NCBI GenBank assembly: GCA_021650915.1
Contig: CP091279.1
Location: 3,930,001 to 3,962,000 of the forward strand
Direction of reading: 5' to 3'
DNA from: Candidatus Brocadia sp.
GTDB lineage: Bacteria > Planctomycetota > Brocadiia > Brocadiales > Brocadiaceae
Length of the DNA stretch: 32,000 bases
The translations under genes and the position numbers were made by a program. Position 1 is the first letter of the stretch. Every line of letters begins with the position of its first letter. Below, one piece after another: positions 25,947 to 32,000 of the stretch. Below the pieces are notes generated by a model that saw nothing but the letters and a program-made list of their open reading frames with translations, did not search any database and had not been told where the DNA came from.

Positions 25947-27459
25947 TGATACCGCATTCCGTTTCCAATATCTCGTCTACCATTGCCTGATCTGGCATTT
26001 GATGTTTTATGTGAGCACCGAGCCTCAGCAGTTGCTCGTGAGAAGGATAACGCATCTTTCTCAGGTCAGTGGCGTTGACCTGTGTATGTCCACTGAAAAG
26101 GCGAAAGTACTGATCGAAGAGCGAAGAATTTAGATATAAAGCCAGCCCTTTCGCTAAATTTGCCGATAAGCCTTTACCTTTCGCATGAAAATAATTAAGA
26201 TGGTTCTCAAAACCGACAAGCGCAGCTTCAACCCTGTTGGGGTCGTATATCGCAGCTACGACACGGCGTGGCTCCTCCTTTGTCGAGAAACGCTTTGTGA
26301 GAACATAGTATCCTGCCGGTAACACTAAATCCATTGTCTGTGGCGAAACTGCAATAGCATTTGGCTTTTTTCCTGATTCAGCGGGCCAACTTACAAAGCC
26401 AGACACAAAGTGGCAAGGATATATAAGCGGAGATGTCCCCTCTTCCGGTAAATAGCGGAGATATTCCTGAGCGCGAAAGTCCACAACTCTCCCTGTTGAG
26501 ACATCCACCCCAAGTATGACGAGCGAAGTCGCAAATGCCTCCATCTTCTCCATCAGGCGGTCGTCGGTATCGTTCAATACAAGATGAATGAAAGCATCGC
26601 GATCGCCTGATAAAATAACGTGATCGTATGGAACAGAGCGACTCCTTGATTTGTCAAAGTCCGTACCTTCGGACGACGAGACTATTAATCGCTCCGGTTT
26701 TCGTTCACCCCGAATCATATGATAGATCACATTTTCCTGAAGCACATCGTCGTCCCTGAATGCCTTATTGCGTGACCCAAACACATGAATACGATGTAAG
26801 CTCATCATATTCAGCAGATTAATTCTAAACCGGCGGAAGTACGGCCCATTACAGAAACTTCGGGGCGTAATCGCTACCAATTCGCCTCCAGTCTCAAGCA
26901 ACTTAGCGGATAGCCATACAAACGCAGCATAAAGATTTGACACCCCAAACCCTGCAGCGTCTAGCAATTGGCGTGTTGTCGATTCCCCGACGATCTTCTT
27001 GTAAGGTGGATTGAGTATTACATGAGTGAAACGCTCCCTATGGACAGCAAACAGGCGTCCTTCTGCCTGCGCTATGACCGCCGCAATAAAGTCCTCCACC
27101 CGTATTTCCCCCTGAAAGGGAATACCGGCTCTCTGGCAGATCAACTTGCACCATTCCATGGTTTCTTTCAAGTACTGCAATATCTTCTGATCGTTCTCGT
27201 ATGCAACCACATGAATCGAAAGCGGACGATAATTCCTAGAAAGCAGTGTCTCTACACACGCCGCAAACAGAGTCCCCAATCCTGCACCTGCATCCAGAAT
27301 TCGCACGTGTTCTCTTTCACGCTCAAACAATGATGCCATAAACAGCGCAATCCTGGCAGGTGTCAGGAACTGGCCAATCCTTGAGCGTTCTAGTCGGCAG
27401 CTACTGCCGTTCACTGAGTTACGGACACTATCGAGAATGTTTGTTAATTCAACAGTCAT
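25939..27459 (-). CDS. N6-adenine DNA methyltransferase (gamma class), partner of the BsuBI/PstI-type endonuclease
   Basis: The motif order is GQFLTP, then motif I (ILDAGAGLGTLF), then motif IV (ILNPPYKKI). The long C-terminal region is taken as the target-recognition domain. Confidence 0.85.
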   Translation of the reverse strand: MTVELTNILDSVRNSVNGSSCRLERSRIGQFLTPARIALFMASLFEREREHVRILDAGAGLGTLFAACVETLLSRNYRPLSIHVVAYENDQKILQYLKETMEWCKLICQRAGIPFQGEIRVEDFIAAVIAQAEGRLFAVHRERFTHVILNPPYKKIVGESTTRQLLDAAGFGVSNLYAAFVWLSAKLLETGGELVAITPRSFCNGPYFRRFRINLLNMMSLHRIHVFGSRNKAFRDDDVLQENVIYHMIRGERKPERLIVSSSEGTDFDKSRSRSVPYDHVILSGDRDAFIHLVLNDTDDRLMEKMEAFATSLVILGVDVSTGRVVDFRAQEYLRYLPEEGTSPLIYPCHFVSGFVSWPAESGKKPNAIAVSPQTMDLVLPAGYYVLTKRFSTKEEPRRVVAAIYDPNRVEAALVGFENHLNYFHAKGKGLSANLAKGLALYLNSSLFDQYFRLFSGHTQVNATDLRKMRYPSHEQLLRLGAHIKHQMPDQAMVDEILETECGING

Positions 27460-27546
27460 AATAAATATGGTTTTATCGTCTATCTTTTTCCTCTGGACTA
27501 ATACACAAAAACAGGGATGCTGTATAGTGTTTGCTGGGTTTTCTTA

Positions 27547-28413
27547 TTAGCCAATAATTTCCTCTATGTTTGTTAGTTTCGCCACTATGTCCACATGATC
27601 ACCGTTAACATATTCTTTAGAGATACAACATTTTTTAAATTTCTTTCCACTTCCGCAATAACATGGGCTGTTTCTTTTCTTCTTTTGAAACTCATGGTTT
27701 TTTGCTTTCTTCTTACTAAATTGCAATTCTCCAAAGTCAAATGGTTGTAATTTGTTTGTTGTAATTAATTCTGATAAAAAACGTATCAGCTCAAATTGTT
27801 CCCCGTTGTCATCGTATACCACTACACAGCGCTTATCTGCTGGATGTTTAACCATAGCCACATGATCTGTCTCGACAACATTATGAGCAATTCCATACGC
27901 CATCTGGCCTCTATATAACTCTCCCCTAGTGTGATGACAATCGAAAGTGTCTATGTCCCTTCCACAGATGCTACACTCGAACCTCTCCACAGTAATCCCA
28001 ACACTACAGAAAACACGGTACGGATATAATTTCTCCAATTCTAGTAGCTGGTTCTCAAAAAAACTTACGGCTTGGTTTGTATTTCGGCTCGAAAACTTTT
28101 TTACCTGCCTTAGTTGATCGAGGGCGTCCTGAAGGGAATTCCAGGAGGAAGAAAATTCCATTTTAATGATTTTCTTCCACAGATCGCAGTACGAAGACAG
28201 CATATCAACGAATCTGCTCAATACGTAAAATTCATTGAGTACTTCCTCGTGACTCGCTTTATGTTCTTCTTTTGCGACCGTTAAATTGTTTTTTAGTTGA
28301 TCAATTTGTTCTCTACACTCTTGAAAACTCAAATGGTTCGAGAAATAAAACAACTTCTTAATGGATGGTTTTGATTTTCTATACAGAGATTCTACTTCAG
28401 AGGTGATGAACAT
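27547..28413 (-). CDS. Hypothetical protein: helical N-terminal region, CxxC..CHH cluster, C-terminal SEC-C-type zinc motif
   Basis: It is 288 aa. The cysteine cluster is ECSICGRDIDTFDCHH and the C-terminal motif is NSPCYCGSGKKFKKCC. Its ATG directly abuts the stop of the upstream ORF. No enzyme family was recognised. Confidence 0.65.
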   Translation of the reverse strand: MFITSEVESLYRKSKPSIKKLFYFSNHLSFQECREQIDQLKNNLTVAKEEHKASHEEVLNEFYVLSRFVDMLSSYCDLWKKIIKMEFSSSWNSLQDALDQLRQVKKFSSRNTNQAVSFFENQLLELEKLYPYRVFCSVGITVERFECSICGRDIDTFDCHHTRGELYRGQMAYGIAHNVVETDHVAMVKHPADKRCVVVYDDNGEQFELIRFLSELITTNKLQPFDFGELQFSKKKAKNHEFQKKKRNSPCYCGSGKKFKKCCISKEYVNGDHVDIVAKLTNIEEIIG

Positions 28414-28911
28414 TTACTTGTCCATGAACTTGTTCAAATCGAATTGTTTGATGGTTTTTTGCAATCCATCGACATCACCTTCAAAATGGAACTTTTTAAC
28501 AACGCCTTCTTGTTTGTCTTCATACATGGCTTCCAAATGAATCCGTCCTTTCTCTCCTCGTAATGCCCCTTTCATTCGGTCATAAACGTAATTTGTAACG
28601 AGATTAAGATAAAAGGGGAGAGCAACGTCTTGGGCAAGAAAAACAAGCGGTAGCCAAAAATCGCTAGACTTCAACACTAACCGCTTATCGGCTTTACGCA
28701 CTTCGACATTTAGCTCTGGTTTGTTTTTCCGCAACCATTTTGAAAAATCGCCAGCATCAGGCTTTAATACCAGACCTTCGCATCCTTGATATTTTTCAGG
28801 AGTAATCAAAATGCCAGACAGTGATGAATTTAAGAAATTCCTGAATTCTTTGTCATCATCAACAATGACAACCTCACATGAGTCTTTGTTGTCGAAGATA
28901 TCCATATTCAT
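28414..28911 (-). CDS. Hypothetical 165-aa protein, first gene of the cassette
   Basis: An uninterrupted ORF in AT-rich DNA with AGGTAGGT 5 nt upstream of the ATG. It contains a hydrophobic stretch, FWLPLVFLAQDVALPFYLNLV. No family was recognised. Confidence 0.6.
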   Translation of the reverse strand: MNMDIFDNKDSCEVVIVDDDKEFRNFLNSSLSGILITPEKYQGCEGLVLKPDAGDFSKWLRKNKPELNVEVRKADKRLVLKSSDFWLPLVFLAQDVALPFYLNLVTNYVYDRMKGALRGEKGRIHLEAMYEDKQEGVVKKFHFEGDVDGLQKTIKQFDLNKFMDK

Positions 28912-28982
28912 GATACCTACCTAGGCTATACTGTTTCTATGCAGTCTTTTTTTGCGGTTGTAAAGGAAGTTTGTATTGTAAA

Positions 28983-29010
28983 TGTATAATAAAATAAGCT
29001 ATTCTGTCAA
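28983..29010 (-). promoter_or_regulatory. Sigma70-like promoter for the cassette (and possibly the R-M genes)
   Basis: On the minus strand, TTGACA (complement of 29005-29010) is followed by a 16-nt spacer and then TATACA (complement of 28983-28988). This lies about 70 nt upstream of ATG 28911. Confidence 0.4.
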
Positions 29011-29207
29011 CAAGGATTTAACATCCAGGAATTTCCAACTAGCCACACAGTCACTAAGTTTTTTAATTTGTGCCTTGAGGTTTTCGGGGCGGCGGAATTG
29101 AGAGATTTTATGAGTTATTTTTTAAGGATGTTTAGGTGTTGTTTTGACGAATAATATATTGAGTATATACTTTTCATTCTTTTACATCATCTTTTGCATT
29201 CCGTGCC

Positions 29208-30047
29208 TTATTCTTCCAGGCGAAATCTAACAGGGATTGCCACCACGGATTTAACAGGTAGGTCTCCTATTCGTTCAGGTTGAAATCTCCAATGCCTCAC
29301 TGCCTTTAAGGCCGCCCTATCAAGGAGTTGGTAGCCACTGCTCTGTTCAACTTCAACCTGAACCGGTATACCTTTTGAGTCTATCTCTACCCTGAGTATC
29401 ACGAGTCCTTCCTGACGCATTTGTCTTGCAAGCTGGGGGTATTCCGGCGGTTGATTCTGGAAATAACCCGGTCTGCTTTTCGTTCTGATCGTCCCGAGAG
29501 AAGACTGCGGCATGGTTTTAACTGTTTCATGCTGCTTTTCTTTTGGTGAAGCAACGGATTGAGCAGTATCCGTATTTGGGTGAGGCCGTGCCATCTGCTC
29601 TTCCCGCGGCGTAATCTTAACTGTTTCCTGTTGCCTTTCCGTTGTGGACGCATCAGGCATAACGGTGTCTGTCTCCGGTTTCGGCAGTGTCTCAACCGCC
29701 ACCTGCTGTCTTTCCGCTGTGGGTGTAGATGATTGCGTCGTAGCCACGTTTGGTTGCGCCGGAGCCTCCGGTTTTTCCTGCGGCACAGCTTTCATAACTT
29801 CCTGCTGTTTTTCCATTGCAGGTGTAACGGACTGAACCGACTCCGTATCGGTTTGTGACACGGCAGTCAACAGATCAACGTCGATGCTCCCCGTGTCAGA
29901 TTGAACGCTGTACTGAACAGGCTTACCATAATACTTTCCGCCAACCAAAAACAAGGCGCCATGAATGGATAATGCAAGGATAAATGCCTTAATTATGCCG
30001 TAGGTACCGGGTTTAATCTTGAAATAGCCGAATCTTTCTCTTGTCAT
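29208..30047 (-). CDS. tonB: Energy transducer TonB
   Basis: It has an N-terminal TM anchor (IIKAFILALSIHGALFLV), a long Pro/Glu/Thr/Gln-rich linker and a C-terminal TonB domain (PPEYPQLARQMRQEGLVILRVEIDSKGIP..VEVEQSSGYQLLDRAALKAVRHWRFQP). It overlaps exbD by 4 nt. Confidence 0.85.
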   Translation of the reverse strand: MTRERFGYFKIKPGTYGIIKAFILALSIHGALFLVGGKYYGKPVQYSVQSDTGSIDVDLLTAVSQTDTESVQSVTPAMEKQQEVMKAVPQEKPEAPAQPNVATTQSSTPTAERQQVAVETLPKPETDTVMPDASTTERQQETVKITPREEQMARPHPNTDTAQSVASPKEKQHETVKTMPQSSLGTIRTKSRPGYFQNQPPEYPQLARQMRQEGLVILRVEIDSKGIPVQVEVEQSSGYQLLDRAALKAVRHWRFQPERIGDLPVKSVVAIPVRFRLEE

Positions 30048-30466
30048 TTTTGCAAAGGTTCTCCCAGCTTTGTCTGAATGGCAACTTTCGTGATTCCTGA
30101 AGACCTTACCTCGTCAAGTATTTGAATAGCAGCGCCAAAATAGGCTTCCCTGTCCCCATTAATAAAGACTCTTGTGTCAGGATTTTCTGTCTTTAATTGT
30201 TTCAAGCGCCCGGATAAAAGGCCTGGAGCCAGTTTTTCCTGATTCAGGTATACATCTCCCGACTTTGTGACGGTGATGGTTACCGCCGCCTCACGCTCTT
30301 GAGGGTTGCCGGTAACGGCGGAAGGCAAATTCACGCTGATGCCCTGATTCTTGACCATCGAAAGAGAAACCACTACAAAGGTAGCCAAAAGAAAAAATAT
30401 GACATCAATAAGCGGAATAATCTCTATCCTTGCCCTCCGCCTGGTTGCTGGTAGTGGTATCTTCAT
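30044..30466 (-). CDS. exbD: Biopolymer transport protein ExbD/TolR
   Basis: EIIPLIDVIFFLLATFVV is the single TM. At 140 aa it has a periplasmic domain reading VFINGDREAYFGAAIQILDEVRSSGI. Confidence 0.85.
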   Translation of the reverse strand: MKIPLPATRRRARIEIIPLIDVIFFLLATFVVVSLSMVKNQGISVNLPSAVTGNPQEREAAVTITVTKSGDVYLNQEKLAPGLLSGRLKQLKTENPDTRVFINGDREAYFGAAIQILDEVRSSGITKVAIQTKLGEPLQK

Positions 30467-31071
30467 GAGTTTTTATCCTGTTTTAAAAGTAAAAGTTCGA
30501 GATGTGCAGTGGCATCCTCAATTTCATGCCTGGCTTCTTCAAGGCGCGCATTGAGATAGTTAAACGGAATAAGCGCGACAATGGCGGTGAGAAGGCCGTA
30601 TGCGGTGGCAATTAAGGCCTCGGCAATGCCGCCGGTGATAACCGCAGGCGCCTCAAGCTCTCTGCCTCCCAGAAGACCAAAGGCTTGTATCATACCGATC
30701 ACCGTACCAAAAAGACCCAGGAGCGGCGCAAGGGTGATAATCGTGTCAAGCACCGGAAGCCCCCGGTTAAAGCGCTTCAGTTCCTTATTTGCAGCCTGCA
30801 AAAGGGCATTTGAAAAGGCTTTGTGACGGTGGCGAAGACCGTAAACAAGGGTAACGGCGACAAAATCACCACATCCTTCTCCTGCCTGTATCGCTTCTTC
30901 AATTTTTCCTTTCTCAACTTCAGAAAATATCTTTCCTACCGTTTCCGGGTACCTTGATCTTTTTTCTCGGATAAGAAATGCAATCCGCTCTATAATTACG
31001 GTTAAGGCCGCCAAAGACGCAACGAGGATAGGCCACATGACAGGTCCCCCTCTTAAGAATAAATGAACCAT
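30463..31071 (-). CDS. exbB: MotA/TolQ/ExbB proton-channel protein
   Basis: It has three TM segments and the conserved LDTIITLAPLLGLFGTVIGMI..F and GIAEALIATAYGL blocks. Confidence 0.85.
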   Translation of the reverse strand: MVHLFLRGGPVMWPILVASLAALTVIIERIAFLIREKRSRYPETVGKIFSEVEKGKIEEAIQAGEGCGDFVAVTLVYGLRHRHKAFSNALLQAANKELKRFNRGLPVLDTIITLAPLLGLFGTVIGMIQAFGLLGGRELEAPAVITGGIAEALIATAYGLLTAIVALIPFNYLNARLEEARHEIEDATAHLELLLLKQDKNS

Positions 31072-31090
31072 TTTTTACTCCTTTTAAAAA

Positions 31091-32000
31091 TTAGAACCGG
31101 AAAGCCAATGCAGCACGCACCGCAATGGGTTCGACCGGTTTAAAATGAATGTCATTATGCGAAGCGCCCTCATCTTTCAAGCGCGATGGATAATAATAAT
31201 CAATCTCGTGGTCCTCGTTGTTGAGGAGATTGAAACCCTCGACACTGAGAGTCCAGTTTTTGTTGAAATTGTAGCCCGCTTTTGCACTCAGCAGCCTGGT
31301 GGATCCGGAGCGAATACTATTGTCTTCCGTAAGAGGGCGAGGGCCAAAAAACCGCAACCGTAGTTCACTGAAGAGGCCACGCTCACCTGGCTGATGGAAT
31401 GCAATTCCTGTGGATATAACGCTGTCAATTGCGCCGGGGATGTGTCTGCCCTGCACTCCTTCACCCTCAACAGTTTCGCTAAACTCAGCGTGCGAAAATG
31501 AGAAATCAGCGTCCAGAGAGAGCCATTGGGCGGGCGTATAGTAATTTGTCCACTCGACGCCATAACGTCTCGTCGGGGCGCTGGCTTCAGTGCTGCCAGC
31601 GTCTCCGGAAAAAACGAGCTCAGAATCCATATCCAGCAACCATAACGCCAGCGTGCTTTGCAATCCCTTAACAATCGTCGTGCGCACACCAATTTCCGCC
31701 CCTTTTGTGCGCACTAAAGGATCTGCGGATTCCACAGCGTCTCCCGTTTTTGGATCAACCTGTTGCGTCACGCCGTTCCCGGAATTGCTGTGGAAACCGA
31801 AGCCTCCGCTCAAATAATACTCCGTTTTGGCCCAGGGGCCGAAGACAAGCGACCCTTTGGGGCTAACGATCGCGTCATCTCGCGTGCCAGAGTTGGCGGA
31901 TAAATCACTATTCACATCGAAGTGGTAATAATCCATCCGTAATCCGAAAACCGTGCGGAATTTGTCAGCCCATTGAATCTTGTTCTCGACATAGGGAGAG
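31091..32000 (-). CDS. TonB-dependent outer-membrane receptor, C-terminal beta-barrel (5' end outside window)
   Basis: The frame stays open to the window edge (SPYVENKIQWADKFRTVFGLRMDYYHFD...). It shows alternating amphipathic beta-strands and ends ...AALAFRF, with the aromatic terminal residue typical of OM barrels. Confidence 0.8.
   Translation of the reverse strand, partial: SPYVENKIQWADKFRTVFGLRMDYYHFDVNSDLSANSGTRDDAIVSPKGSLVFGPWAKTEYYLSGGFGFHSNSGNGVTQQVDPKTGDAVESADPLVRTKGAEIGVRTTIVKGLQSTLALWLLDMDSELVFSGDAGSTEASAPTRRYGVEWTNYYTPAQWLSLDADFSFSHAEFSETVEGEGVQGRHIPGAIDSVISTGIAFHQPGERGLFSELRLRFFGPRPLTEDNSIRSGSTRLLSAKAGYNFNKNWTLSVEGFNLLNNEDHEIDYYYPSRLKDEGASHNDIHFKPVEPIAVRAALAFRF

Noticed and set aside
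1-32000. CRISPR arrays, rRNA genes, integrase/recombinase genes, reverse transcriptases
   Set aside because: I looked for regularly spaced direct repeats and for the characteristic protein motifs in all listed ORFs, and found none.

Overview
This looks like a chromosomal window from a diderm bacterium: it carries TonB/ExbBD, an RND tripartite pump and lipoprotein signals. The taxon cannot be determined from the sequence alone.

The backbone is ordinary:
- glyQ 3' end
- M50 protease with CBS domains
- CNNM/DUF21-CBS protein
- glutamate dehydrogenase
- MFS transporter
- a secreted SBBP/LamG-type protein that is split
- a Tat-signal DUF362 protein
- a three-gene 2-oxoacid:ferredoxin oxidoreductase
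- an adaptor / RND pump / unknown membrane protein / outer-membrane-factor efflux operon
- an outer-membrane receptor-exbB-exbD-tonB operon

Two accessory regions stand out.

1. 0.44-4.35 kb is a decayed 5-methylcytosine restriction-modification locus. It holds a C5-methyltransferase fragment with catalytic Cys changed to Tyr, and an SRA-like/Mrr-type methyl-dependent nuclease with an in-frame amber codon. It also holds an IS with 8-bp target duplications and a frameshifted transposase that splits another ORF. An intact vsr follows.

2. 24.5-29.4 kb is an island bracketed by about 205-bp direct repeats of the tonB 3' end. One copy is a decayed fragment. The island carries a frameshifted RHH gene and a PstI/BsuBI-family type II R-M pair. 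Directly upstream on the same strand is an AT-rich, tightly abutted two-gene cassette of unknown function (165 aa, plus 288 aa with a CxxC..CHH cluster and a SEC-C motif). This cassette is my best candidate for an undescribed defence-type system.

Other observations: a ~151-bp MITE in two copies, each with its own perfect 8-bp target-site duplication; several REP-like nested palindromes; a 7-bp tandem repeat inside a CDS; and a >1.1 kb non-coding gap with an orphan terminator-like hairpin. No CRISPR array, rRNA or tRNA was seen. All family assignments rest on motifs read by eye; no database search was run.
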